A DNA stretch of 64,000 bases from an uncultured Candidatus Saccharibacteria bacterium (GCA_964543385.1 CAZIYE010000001.1:279868-343867), one strand, 5' to 3'; shown: positions 29,534 through 39,392, counted from the first letter of the stretch. Made by a program: numbers and translations. Notes: generated by a model not told the origin, from the sequence alone.

Positions 29534-30717
29534 TGACAGAATCTACTCCAAAATTTATATCTAACGATTATCAAAGATTTTTTGAGAAAATTGTTTTCAA
29601 CCAAAGATATTCGGAAGTACCAATAATTACCTCTCGTATTTGTGGAGCTAACTCAGTCGCAAACAACATTACATCGACAAGAGCTATCGAAATTGCATGC
29701 GGCATAAACCCAAGCTCTCAGACAGAAAAACTTCGAGACATGCTGCTGTATGCACAAATAATACAAAGCCATACCCTGTATCTCTATCTCGAAATTTTGC
29801 CCTATTTTACCGGCGTTAATTCGCTCTCAGAATTGCAAAAAGATCATCAGGAAATATTTAAAAATGCGGTCTGTCTAAAAAATTTTGCCGATAATATAAT
29901 CAAATCGATCGGCGGAAGATCAATTCACCCCATATCTAATGTACCTGGAGGATTTACAGCCTACCCAACCGTAAAAAGATTAAAAAGTGTTATTGACGAA
30001 AGCGCTAATGCAATCCATAGTGCCAAAAATACGCTGTCTATTTTCGCTAGCTTCGATTATCCAATATTAGAATTAAAAAATGTTATGGGGGCAATTCACC
30101 GACCAGGAGAATATATAGTTTCCGGAAATGGCATATGGACAAGTGAAGATAAGCACTTTGTGGTCGAAAAGTACAAAGAGCATTTATTGGAAGAACTACA
30201 GCCTCATAGTACTGTTAAGTATGGCAGAATAGATGGCAAAGAAATAATGGCAGGCCCACTCGCAAGACTAGCTTTGAATAAGTTAGATGATAAAGATGTG
30301 GCTGATTTTGTTAAAAGCCTGAATCTTAACCCAGATTATAATAATCCATTTAACAATATAATAGCTTCTGCAATTGAACTTTATTATTTTACAAAAAAAG
30401 CCATAAAGTCTACCAATAATCTGTTAGATAAAGGCATCTCCATCGAACCTCTAAAGCTGCCAAAAAAATTTAGTATCGGCACGGCTTGTTGCGAATCACC
30501 CGATGGAACATTGATTCATTCATATAAATTAAACGACGAAGGCAACATTATAAACTGTGATATTGTGACTCCATCAGTATTTAATCTGCCATTATGTGAA
30601 TCAAACTTAAAGTTATTGAATGATGTCATTAAAAATTATGATCCAGTTGAAAAAGATAAAATTACAAAGTTGTTATTTAGATCATACCGCCTCTGCAAAA
30701 ACTGTGGATCGCATTAA
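29533..30717 (+). CDS. hydA: [NiFe]-hydrogenase large (alpha) subunit-like protein, group 3b-like, with degenerate N-terminal Ni-binding motif
   Basis: L1 motif reads RICGANSVAN instead of RxCGxCxxxH; C-terminal CKNCGSH (CxxCxxH) present at the very end. Confidence 0.65.
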   Translation: MTESTPKFISNDYQRFFEKIVFNQRYSEVPIITSRICGANSVANNITSTRAIEIACGINPSSQTEKLRDMLLYAQIIQSHTLYLYLEILPYFTGVNSLSELQKDHQEIFKNAVCLKNFADNIIKSIGGRSIHPISNVPGGFTAYPTVKRLKSVIDESANAIHSAKNTLSIFASFDYPILELKNVMGAIHRPGEYIVSGNGIWTSEDKHFVVEKYKEHLLEELQPHSTVKYGRIDGKEIMAGPLARLALNKLDDKDVADFVKSLNLNPDYNNPFNNIIASAIELYYFTKKAIKSTNNLLDKGISIEPLKLPKKFSIGTACCESPDGTLIHSYKLNDEGNIINCDIVTPSVFNLPLCESNLKLLNDVIKNYDPVEKDKITKLLFRSYRLCKNCGSH

Positions 30718-30722
30718 TAATT

Positions 30723-31277
30723 ATGATAAAAATCTTTCAAACACCAACAGCATTAGACTTCAGGATTCTCGAAGCTATAAACGGCTTTCATAACCCATTT
30801 TTCGACCAGATAATGGTATTTGCAAGCAATATTGGCGAGTACGCAATAATTTGGCTTGTTATTGGCTTATGTTTTTCAATATTTGACAAAAAGCATGGCA
30901 GGCATATGTTTGCTATATTGATCATGGCTTTAATCATCGAAGTTATCATCAATGACGGTCTGTTAAAAAACATATTTTATCGTGAACGCCCATTTTTATT
31001 ATTTCCAGCTCTTCACCATTTGGGTCCAGATGCTATCAATAGTGCCTTCGTCTCTGGTCATACAGCTTCGAGCACTGCAATCTTCTTAGTTTTAATAAAG
31101 TTTTATAAAAAAGCGACCTCTCCCCTGTTGGCGCTTGTTATATTAATGATTTGGACAAGATTCTATCTGGGCATGCACTATCCAAGTGATATCATCGGTG
31201 GAATAGCAACCGGTATAGTATCGTCGTGGCTCGCTTTTCTAATTGGTAAAAAAGTACTAAGATACAATCATAATTGA
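30723..31277 (+). CDS. PAP2-family membrane phosphatase (undecaprenyl-diphosphatase-like)
   Basis: KxxxxxxRP, SGH and YLGMHYPSD PAP2 signature blocks. Confidence 0.75.
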   Translation: MIKIFQTPTALDFRILEAINGFHNPFFDQIMVFASNIGEYAIIWLVIGLCFSIFDKKHGRHMFAILIMALIIEVIINDGLLKNIFYRERPFLLFPALHHLGPDAINSAFVSGHTASSTAIFLVLIKFYKKATSPLLALVILMIWTRFYLGMHYPSDIIGGIATGIVSSWLAFLIGKKVLRYNHN

Positions 31278-31319
31278 AATATATAAGAACTTATTATTCT
31301 TAATCAAAAGGATTATCTA

Positions 31320-31823
31320 ATGGTTTCAGAAGCGCCAAGACCACAATTAGCAGAACAAGAAACCGATCTAACATTGCCACAGTTGTCCCAAATCACCAAA
31401 GTAGACGATCCCACTCTTGTAATTGAACCATCTATTAAAGAAGATATCGAAGATGTGATAAAAACCGGCGACAGTGACCAATTGCCTCCCGCAGAGACTG
31501 TTAGAGCAGCTAGAGAAAGCCGACCCTACCACCCAAGAATCAAGGAAACAAGGGATGAGAAAATGATGAGACTTACAAAAGAAATATCATACCTGCAAGA
31601 CCAACTAATGGCTATAAAGACTGTTTCTATGAAAACCGGTATGTCAGAAATTTACGAGGAAGCTATACTCAAGTTAGAAGAGTCATTATCATTCAAGCAA
31701 TTGGAGCAAGCAGTAAACCTGAAGAATCATGACTATGCCAAAATTGAAGAACTAAAGTCAAAAATAGCAGTAGTAAAAAAAATGTTGACAGAACATAAGA
31801 TGAAACAAAAGAGAGCGATTTAG
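31320..31823 (+). CDS. Hypothetical coiled-coil protein
   Basis: 167-aa ORF, charged/helical, no motif. Confidence 0.45.
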   Translation: MVSEAPRPQLAEQETDLTLPQLSQITKVDDPTLVIEPSIKEDIEDVIKTGDSDQLPPAETVRAARESRPYHPRIKETRDEKMMRLTKEISYLQDQLMAIKTVSMKTGMSEIYEEAILKLEESLSFKQLEQAVNLKNHDYAKIEELKSKIAVVKKMLTEHKMKQKRAI

Positions 31824-31833
31824 GCTAATATAT

Positions 31834-32829
31834 CTAGGCGCTTTTTGAAATGTGATTTGCTAAGTCGACTAAACGTTCGCTATATCCCCACTCGTTATCA
31901 TACCAAGCAATTACTTTTACCAAATCGCCATCGACAACCTGAGTCAATGATAGATCAACTGTCGTCGAGTTTTTCATGCCTATCAAATCAGACGAAACAA
32001 TTTCTTCATTAGTAGTTGCTAAGATTCCTTTCATTTCTCCATCTTCAGCTTTTTCAAAAGCCTTGTTGATTTCCTCGATATCTGTCTTTTTCTTTAGAAC
32101 CACAGTAATATCTGAGAGCGATACAACTGGCGTCGGTACCCTTACAGCCAAACCATCAAATTTTCCTTTTAGTGTTGGGATAGTTTTAAAAGCAGCTTTT
32201 GCAGCGCCAGTTGATGTGGGCACTATATTAACTCCTGCAGCCCTTGCTCTGCGCAAATCTTTGTGAGGACCATCAATAAGATTTTGATCAGCAGTATAAG
32301 AATGGATTGTTGTCATCAGCGATTTTTCAATTCCAAAATTGTCTTCCAGAACTTTCATAACTGGAGTAATGCAATTAGTAGTGCAAGAAGCGTTTGAAAC
32401 AATAATTTCTCCTTTGTACTGATCAGCATTCACTCCCATAACATACATCGCTGTTTCATCGTCTTTAGCCGGCGCGGACATCACAACTTTTTTTGCCCCA
32501 GCGTTGATATGCACCTGACAATCTACCTGAGTAAGGAAATGACCGGTGCACTCTAGTACTATATCAATCTCCAGCTCTTTCCAGGGAAGGTTTGAGGGAT
32601 CTTTTTCTGCATAAGAATGAACTATTTTTTTATCAATAATCAAATCTCCATCATCAAACCCAACTTCATGGTCCCAAATACGATAACAACTATCATATTT
32701 AAGCAAATGAGCTAGAGTTTTGACATCTGTTAGATCATTTATAGCGACAAGTTCCATACCTTCGCGCTCTGTAATAATTTTTGCTGCTGCCCGACCAATT
32801 CTGCCAAAACCATTTATTGCAACTTTCAT
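31834..32829 (-). CDS. gap: Glyceraldehyde-3-phosphate dehydrogenase
   Basis: NGFGRIGR; SNASCTTNC active-site block. Confidence 0.9.
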   Translation of the reverse strand: MKVAINGFGRIGRAAAKIITEREGMELVAINDLTDVKTLAHLLKYDSCYRIWDHEVGFDDGDLIIDKKIVHSYAEKDPSNLPWKELEIDIVLECTGHFLTQVDCQVHINAGAKKVVMSAPAKDDETAMYVMGVNADQYKGEIIVSNASCTTNCITPVMKVLEDNFGIEKSLMTTIHSYTADQNLIDGPHKDLRRARAAGVNIVPTSTGAAKAAFKTIPTLKGKFDGLAVRVPTPVVSLSDITVVLKKKTDIEEINKAFEKAEDGEMKGILATTNEEIVSSDLIGMKNSTTVDLSLTQVVDGDLVKVIAWYDNEWGYSERLVDLANHISKSA

Positions 32830-32854
32830 AAAAACTCCGTTATTTGTATAACTT

Positions 32855-33610
32855 TTATTTTTTCAAAATATCTTTTGATTCGCTAAATATTTTACAAATT
32901 TTAACAAATTCACCTGCTCGTACACTAGCGCCTCCGACAAGCACACCATCAATCTCAGGTCTTTCAGCATAACCTTTAGCATTTTTAGAATTTACACTAC
33001 CGCCATACAAAATTGGAGTTTCAGTATGAACAATCTCTCGCAATTTATTGGCAACTTTTGCGACGTATTCAGGACTTGCATTATCACCAACAGTTCCGTT
33101 GCTGATCGCCCATATAGGTTCATATGCAACGACAATATCCTTATAATATTTTTTAGGGACATGGCTTAATGCTTCGTGAAGCTCTCGGATAGGTTGGACA
33201 AGAGTTCCACTTTTCTTGCGCTCACCAACACAAATGATTGGCCTTAGTCCTGCCTTCAGACAAGCCAAGACTTTTTCATTAACATCAAAGTTAGTTTCTC
33301 CGAAATGTTCTCTTCTCTCGGAATGTCCGACTATTGTATACTCTGCAACCTCTTTCATCATAATAGGAGAAATTTCACCAGTATAAGCACCATCAGGCTC
33401 ATAAAAAACATTTTGGCCGCCCAGAGAGAGCTTCGTACTTTTACCTATAATTTGAGCTACCTCAGTTAGCCAAATAGATGGAGGGCAAGCAATAATCTTA
33501 ACTTTATCTATCGAGGCAACGTTATTACGCACAGTAGTGGCCAGAACATTAGCATCTGCGATGCTAGAAATATACATTTTCCAATTGGCAACAATCAATG
33601 ACTGATTCAT
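32855..33610 (-). CDS. tpiA: Triosephosphate isomerase
   Basis: IVANWKM, AYEPIWAI, GGS motifs. Confidence 0.9.
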   Translation of the reverse strand: MNQSLIVANWKMYISSIADANVLATTVRNNVASIDKVKIIACPPSIWLTEVAQIIGKSTKLSLGGQNVFYEPDGAYTGEISPIMMKEVAEYTIVGHSERREHFGETNFDVNEKVLACLKAGLRPIICVGERKKSGTLVQPIRELHEALSHVPKKYYKDIVVAYEPIWAISNGTVGDNASPEYVAKVANKLREIVHTETPILYGGSVNSKNAKGYAERPEIDGVLVGGASVRAGEFVKICKIFSESKDILKK

Positions 33611-33632
33611 TAACCCCTCCGTTTTCTACCTA

Positions 33633-34655
33633 CTATTTTCTACACTTATTATACAAATCTATTACTGCTTTTGCTAGCTTGTCTGAATCGTGAAAAAGCG
33701 GATTCTTCTCACTTATGACATTGTCTCTAGCTATTTTAACGCCCAGAGCCTCTTCGCTTAATGTAGTAATATTATTTATCTCTCCAAGTTTGGTCTCATC
33801 CTTGGAACTTCTCAAGATCTTGTTATTGACTAGACAATAATCAAAGATTCGTTTTTTAGAATGGCTAATTAGCTTGAAGATATGGTCCTCGATAGTATAA
33901 CCAGCAGTTTGCGTTCTTTCTGTCGAGCAATTAGCTATATAAACTCGGGTAGCCTTTTTATTACTATAAACTGCATCCCTAACTCCGGAGATAAGTAAAT
34001 TTGGGATAATACTACCATAAAGGCTGCCAGGACCGAGCAAAATCAAGTCGGCTTCCTCGATTGCCTTCACAGCCTTATCATATGCCCTGACCTTTTTTTT
34101 ATTTAGAGTAATCTTGTCGATCTTTTTTACTATTTCATCTAGATGAGATTCGCCTTCAGCTACAGATCCATCGGCATAATAGATGACTATGCCGGCGTTA
34201 CCAAGCGTGGCAGGCAAAACTCGACCAGCCGTCTTAAAAATCTCTGTTGTCGCTTCTAATGCCTTTTCAAACGAATTAAAATACTTTGAAAGTGCCGTAA
34301 TCCAAATATTGCCAAGAGTGTGGCCGCCGAATGATTTCTTGGTTTTAGAGAAACGATACTCCAAAATATTGGAAATTAAATCCTCATCATAAGCCAATGC
34401 AGAAATGCATTTTCGGATATCGCCAGGAGGAAGAATATCAAACTCTTTTCGCAAGACGCCGGATGAAGAGCCATCATCAGTAACAGCAACTATCGCAGTT
34501 ATCTTGTCTGAATATTTTTTTAAGCCCCGCAGCATATTCGCCAAGCCAGTGCCACCACCAATTACAGCAATCTTAATTACACCACCAGCATTGAAACGAG
34601 GGTCGCTTGGTTCATAGCGAAGCCACTTCCACCAACTTTTGATTAAGTCTTTCAT
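33633..34655 (-). CDS. yvcK: YvcK/CofD-family gluconeogenesis factor
   Basis: IAVIGGGTGL and GPGSLYGSIIPNLL motifs. Confidence 0.8.
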   Translation of the reverse strand: MKDLIKSWWKWLRYEPSDPRFNAGGVIKIAVIGGGTGLANMLRGLKKYSDKITAIVAVTDDGSSSGVLRKEFDILPPGDIRKCISALAYDEDLISNILEYRFSKTKKSFGGHTLGNIWITALSKYFNSFEKALEATTEIFKTAGRVLPATLGNAGIVIYYADGSVAEGESHLDEIVKKIDKITLNKKKVRAYDKAVKAIEEADLILLGPGSLYGSIIPNLLISGVRDAVYSNKKATRVYIANCSTERTQTAGYTIEDHIFKLISHSKKRIFDYCLVNNKILRSSKDETKLGEINNITTLSEEALGVKIARDNVISEKNPLFHDSDKLAKAVIDLYNKCRK

Positions 34656-34709
34656 TAATCTAATCTATCACTGATAAGGCCGGGAGTAAACGGCAATTTA
34701 GCAATATAT

Positions 34710-35951
34710 CTATTTAAAAAGTTCTTTACCATGAAGCGTTCTATAATATTTTATGGCAAATCGATGCGATTCGTCTCGAGCAGAAATCGCAATGTTCTCT
34801 AGTGACCTATTAGCCATGAAATATTTAGCAATATCGGAATTAGAATAATGGAAATCATTTTTATCTCTCTTTACTCCTTTTGAAATAGAAATCGCCGGAA
34901 TTTTTAGATGTAATTCCTTTAAAACCTCATTAGCAACTCTCAATTGCATCTCCCCACCGTCAATAATTATCAAATCAGGTTTGGGCCAATCATTTTTGAA
35001 TCTTCTGGTTAATACTTCTCTCAACCTCTCCAAATCGCTTGAAACCTCTTCCTTGATTCGAAACTTCCGATACTCAGCTTTATCAGGCGCTCCCTCGACA
35101 AAAACGACCATGGACCCAACCGCGAAACTACTCATAATATTGGAAATATCAAAACATTCAATCCGTTTAAAAAGTAGCCTATTTATATCAAATGGTTCAT
35201 CTTTCAAACCAATTGCTACATTTTTTAAATGGTTGAGGGCTAAAACTTTATTTCGCAGATTAGCCGCATTTTCGTATTCTTTTTTCTTACTGGCAACTCT
35301 CATATCTTTTTCCAGAGAGCCAACAATCGACTTCTTATTACCCCTCAGGAATTTTTTCAAATACAAGATGTTCTTATTATATTGCTCTGCTTCTAGCGGA
35401 CTGCAACAAGGACCGCTGCATACATTTATATCTGCATACATGCATGGTCTAACTTTGCGCTTATATGTTTTGTATTTCGTAACAGAGCAATCTCGAAATG
35501 GAAAGATCTTCCTTAAATATCTCAATGACTTTCTTAATAAATCTCCCGAGGGGTATGGTCCAAAATATTGAGCTTTTTTATCTTTTAAATTAATATTCTT
35601 AAACCTTTCAAGCGTCAGGCAAGGAAATTCTTCTTTGGTTATTTTTATAACTAAAAATGATTTATCGTCCTTAAGTTTAATGTTGAACTTCGGTTTTAAT
35701 TTATTAATTAATTCTGCCTCCAAGATAACTGCCTCGATCTCTGAGTCAGTTTCGATAAATCTAACATCGTGCGCAATCTTCACCATTTCCTCTATCCACG
35801 GACCTCTGTTCAACTCCTTCTGATAATATTGTTTGATCCTCTTGTTTAGATTCTTAGCTTTTCCGATATACAAAATAACATCATCAATACTGATGAAACG
35901 GTAGACTCCAGGAGAGCTCGGAATATTTTTAATAATTTCTTTGAAATTCAT
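34710..35951 (-). CDS. uvrC: Excinuclease ABC subunit C, short form (GIY-YIG + UvrBC + RNase H-like; no C-terminal HhH)
   Basis: GVYRF...ILYIGKAKNL GIY-YIG motif; 413 aa. Confidence 0.75.
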   Translation of the reverse strand: MNFKEIIKNIPSSPGVYRFISIDDVILYIGKAKNLNKRIKQYYQKELNRGPWIEEMVKIAHDVRFIETDSEIEAVILEAELINKLKPKFNIKLKDDKSFLVIKITKEEFPCLTLERFKNINLKDKKAQYFGPYPSGDLLRKSLRYLRKIFPFRDCSVTKYKTYKRKVRPCMYADINVCSGPCCSPLEAEQYNKNILYLKKFLRGNKKSIVGSLEKDMRVASKKKEYENAANLRNKVLALNHLKNVAIGLKDEPFDINRLLFKRIECFDISNIMSSFAVGSMVVFVEGAPDKAEYRKFRIKEEVSSDLERLREVLTRRFKNDWPKPDLIIIDGGEMQLRVANEVLKELHLKIPAISISKGVKRDKNDFHYSNSDIAKYFMANRSLENIAISARDESHRFAIKYYRTLHGKELFK

Positions 35952-35979
35952 GGTTTTATTATATCATGGGGCGGGGGCG

Positions 35980-36900
35980 TCATGCCCCCGCCGCCGGATT
36001 TTCCTCCCCTTTTTTCTTCGATCGACGGATCTTGGATAAACGTTTCCGCCGGTCGAATTGGATCGGTCCAAGTGTATGCTGGAAATATCCTGGCATGACG
36101 CCCACCGAAACTCCAAACATTACACGTAGAGTATAATAGTTGGTGATCATCCCATCACCACTTTCGACTTTGTCCATATCCTTCCGAACAAAGTCTAGCA
36201 TCTCTTCCAGTACTTTACTCGGGTACTTTTGCCAGCCCCTAGCTACAAGCTGATACTTCCTCTCAACCACACTCGGTGTTCGAGGGATAGTGCCTGTTTT
36301 TTTGGGCTTCAAGGTAGGACTCATCCTTGAAATTGGCATTTTTTTGGAGCGATGAACTAAAACTTTCCATTTTTCCAATTCATCGCTCGACAAGCGGTCG
36401 TGGATTAGCAGTCGCACTGCCTCACCATTCATCTGGAACTGCGCACCCAGGTCGCCGCAGGAGAGGATTGGACGATTGACTTTTATCCTTTTACGGATAT
36501 AAGAAATTACCGACCAACATTTTTCCTTTTCGTACTTGTGATAGTCCGATGTCAGCCTCTCAATACGTGATTGCATAATGCGATTTATGCATAATCCACG
36601 ATCATATGCGTCTCTAATGTCTGCATCGAGACGTAAAAACGCCTCCTTAACTGTCCAGATAGTAGTCCGGTGAATTCGAGCAAGATGCTCCTTCTCGACA
36701 TAACGCCTGTAATTCACCTTAACAGTCGGATTGAGCCTCTTTTGGGCTCTCTCGCTTTGAGTTAATTGAACCCGTCTAGTCACCTCTTCGATAACTTGCA
36801 CAAGTTTGTCTTCTACCAATCCACTTCGCACCATGAAAGCATGGGCTTGCTTCGGATGAAGATCCTTGCTACGACGATGATCGCGATTTTTTCCAGCCAC
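35980..36900 (-). CDS. Hypothetical basic protein encoded in a GC-rich (~48%) cassette; putative nucleic-acid-binding
   Basis: 306 aa, Arg/Lys-rich termini; GC well above background; own promoter and flanking hairpins. Confidence 0.5.
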   Translation of the reverse strand: MAGKNRDHRRSKDLHPKQAHAFMVRSGLVEDKLVQVIEEVTRRVQLTQSERAQKRLNPTVKVNYRRYVEKEHLARIHRTTIWTVKEAFLRLDADIRDAYDRGLCINRIMQSRIERLTSDYHKYEKEKCWSVISYIRKRIKVNRPILSCGDLGAQFQMNGEAVRLLIHDRLSSDELEKWKVLVHRSKKMPISRMSPTLKPKKTGTIPRTPSVVERKYQLVARGWQKYPSKVLEEMLDFVRKDMDKVESGDGMITNYYTLRVMFGVSVGVMPGYFQHTLGPIQFDRRKRLSKIRRSKKKGEENPAAGA

Positions 36901-36950
36901 GCTTCCCCCTATATCGCGTAGATACGCCTACCATGATTGGTAAGCCCTAC

Positions 36951-36979
36951 AATATATAACAAACTGTATTCGAGGTCAA
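36951..36979 (-). promoter_or_regulatory. Near-consensus sigma70 promoter (TTGACC-17-TATATT) driving the GC-rich cassette gene
   Basis: Hexamers at exact 17-nt spacing ~45 nt upstream of the start; SD AGGGGGAAG. Confidence 0.5.
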
Positions 36980-37003
36980 TCGGTTACCAATCGCCTGTAA
37001 ACG

Positions 37004-37047
37004 CTATAAAAAAGCGTCAGGATTTTCATCATGACGCTTTTTTATAG
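37004..37047 (-). terminator. Rho-independent terminator of proS (CTATAAAAAAGCGTCA...TGACGCTTTTTTATAG)
   Basis: 16-bp perfect inverted repeat with U-tract, 17 nt after the proS stop. Confidence 0.6.
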
Positions 37048-37063
37048 CAATAAGTCCATGCTT

Positions 37064-38266
37064 CTAAATAATTTTTGATTCACCATTATTCATATCAATA
37101 GATTCTGCCCCACCCTGTTCCAATGACTTTCTAGAGACAACTAGTCTATTAGGACAGCCGACTAAATCAGCTTCGGCAAACTTTTGACCAGCCGAGATAT
37201 CTCTGTCATCATATAAAACTTCAATGCCCTTCTTTTTCAAATCAGCGTATATCTTATCAGCTTCTTCATTTTGATTCAGCGAAATTAGATGCACAGCGAA
37301 TGGAGCAATTTCCTTTGGCCAAACCATTTTATTTTTGACAACATCGTAATGAACTTCGACAACTGTTGCCAGAGCCCTAGTCAAGCCTATACCATAGCAT
37401 CCCATAACAAAATATTTTTCCTTGCCATCTTTATTAAGAAAAGTTGCCTTCATTGGTTTGGAAAATTTTGTTTTTAATGGGAAAATATTGCCAACTTCGA
37501 TCCCTCTAGCAACTTGGATTTTGCCGTCACATCTTGGACACTTATCCCCTTCTTTAACTTCGGCAATTTCTTTGTTTTGAGCAAATTCGCACTTATTACA
37601 ATAATAAATTGTATCTTCACCAACTGCTGTTAAAACTTGAAATTCGTGAGAATATTTAGAAAATATTCCGCCTGATGCCTCAACTAACTTAGAGTCTAGC
37701 CCGAAACGTTTAAAGATATTAAAATAGGCTGGGATTGTCGCTTGATAAAACTTTTCGTGCTGATCATCATCCGTAGCAAAACTATACATGTCCTTCATAA
37801 TAAACTCCCGACCCCTAAGCAAACCAGATTTTACCCTTGGCTCATTGCGAAATTTTGTCTGGATTTGGTAAAGAGCCATCGGCAATTCTTTATACGAACG
37901 GATATTCTTTCGCACAATGTCTGTTACTTCCTCCTCATGAGTTGGTGCTAAATTCAACTCCTTGCCACGGCTATCCTTCATCTTATAGAAGATATCAATA
38001 GCAGAATCCCAACGTCCTGTTTCCTCCCAAAGTTCTTTTGGTTGCAAAACATTCATTAATATTTCTTGGCCACCGATAGCGTCCATTTCTTCTTTGATAA
38101 TTTTCTCTATCTTTTTGTAGACCCGTAATCCTAAAGGAAGCAAAGCATATACTCCAGCCATATGTTTATGAACAAAACCAGCCCTCACTAAATAAGATGC
38201 ATTAATAGAGTCAGCATCAGATGGAACTTCTTTTCTAGTTTTGAGAAATAACTGTGATTGCTTCAT
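37064..38266 (-). CDS. proS: Prolyl-tRNA synthetase, compact form lacking the INS editing domain (Zn-ribbon insertion instead)
   Basis: Strong N-terminal similarity to bacterial ProRS (LAPTHEEEVTD...YQIQTKFRNEPR...REFIMKDMYSF); CNKC...CPRC insertion; 400 aa. Confidence 0.85.
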   Translation of the reverse strand: MKQSQLFLKTRKEVPSDADSINASYLVRAGFVHKHMAGVYALLPLGLRVYKKIEKIIKEEMDAIGGQEILMNVLQPKELWEETGRWDSAIDIFYKMKDSRGKELNLAPTHEEEVTDIVRKNIRSYKELPMALYQIQTKFRNEPRVKSGLLRGREFIMKDMYSFATDDDQHEKFYQATIPAYFNIFKRFGLDSKLVEASGGIFSKYSHEFQVLTAVGEDTIYYCNKCEFAQNKEIAEVKEGDKCPRCDGKIQVARGIEVGNIFPLKTKFSKPMKATFLNKDGKEKYFVMGCYGIGLTRALATVVEVHYDVVKNKMVWPKEIAPFAVHLISLNQNEEADKIYADLKKKGIEVLYDDRDISAGQKFAEADLVGCPNRLVVSRKSLEQGGAESIDMNNGESKII

Positions 38267-38297
38267 GAAAAATTCCTATATTGGTGTTAAATTGCAT

Positions 38298-39383
38298 TTA
38301 AGGTTTTATCAACCGAATTATGTCTTTATAAGTTATAGCTATAATCAATAGTATTAGCAAAGCAAAACCTATAGTATGTATCATATTCTCCACATTTTCC
38401 TTCACTATACGCTTGCCAAAAATTTTTTCAAATATAATGAATAGGGCTCGACTACCGTCAAGGGCCGGAAACGGAAGTATGTTGACGAGTCCTAGATTAA
38501 TTGAAAGCATAATAAGGAGCTGAAGATAGGATACCCACCCAGCACGAGCTGCTGCTCCACTTACACTAAAGATTGCAACCGGTCCACCGACTTGGTCAGA
38601 TATCTTTCCTGTTTGAAAAAGCTGTTGAAAGAAATCACCCAAGAAGGAGAACATGGCACCAGTTATCAGGTACATCTCTTTAGCGGCAACATATGGCGCC
38701 TTGTAGAAAGGCACTCTAACAACAGCCTGATCTTGAATCCCCACACCTAGTGGAGCCTCTTTATTCGACGATATTGTGATCTGTTTCTCTATTTTTTCAT
38801 TCTGTCTTGTAACCTCAATTTTTACCTCACTGCCAATATTCTTTTGCGTAAAACTACTCACATCACCCACCGATTTAAACTCAACAACTTCTGTTGCTGT
38901 AACACCTTTTCTAAGCTCATCTCCAGCTTTAAGTCCAGCCTTATCAGCGGCAGAATCTTTTTGAATTTCAGCAATAAATATCTGTGATTTTATCTTTTCG
39001 CCAGGCACCTGATCTGATGGCGTAGCCATCGGAGTCATCCCGATAGATAATCCAACAGCTAGCAATAACCAGGCAAGAGCAAAGTTCATAATAACGCCAG
39101 CCACGCTGACAAAAAACCTTTTTCCGGGAGTCTGATTATTAAAGGCCCGAGGATCCTTTGATTCGCTATTCTCACCTAGCATACTTACATAACCACCAAG
39201 TGGTAGCAAACCAATAGTATATTTAGTTTCGCCCCGAGTAAAAGATAGAATTCTTGGGGGGAAACCAATGGAAAATTCCTTAACATTAATCCCTGAAGCC
39301 TTAGCAGCCAAAAAATGACCAAGTTCGTGAACGGTTATCAAGATTCCTATAGCAAATATAAACGCAATAATTGTAAGTAACAT
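38298..39383 (-). CDS. rseP: Site-2 (RIP) zinc metalloprotease
   Basis: HELGHFLAAK HExxH motif, PDZ segment, multiple TM. Confidence 0.85.
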   Translation of the reverse strand: MLLTIIAFIFAIGILITVHELGHFLAAKASGINVKEFSIGFPPRILSFTRGETKYTIGLLPLGGYVSMLGENSESKDPRAFNNQTPGKRFFVSVAGVIMNFALAWLLLAVGLSIGMTPMATPSDQVPGEKIKSQIFIAEIQKDSAADKAGLKAGDELRKGVTATEVVEFKSVGDVSSFTQKNIGSEVKIEVTRQNEKIEKQITISSNKEAPLGVGIQDQAVVRVPFYKAPYVAAKEMYLITGAMFSFLGDFFQQLFQTGKISDQVGGPVAIFSVSGAAARAGWVSYLQLLIMLSINLGLVNILPFPALDGSRALFIIFEKIFGKRIVKENVENMIHTIGFALLILLIIAITYKDIIRLIKP

Positions 39384-39392
39384 TTTCCTCCG

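Noticed and set aside
35980-36900. WhiA (LAGLIDADG-derived regulator usually next to yvcK) as identity of the 306-aa GC-rich protein
   Set aside because: Only a faint FLRLDADIRDAY resemblance. uvrC intervenes between yvcK and this gene. Composition is foreign-looking and no clear C-terminal HTH was recognised.
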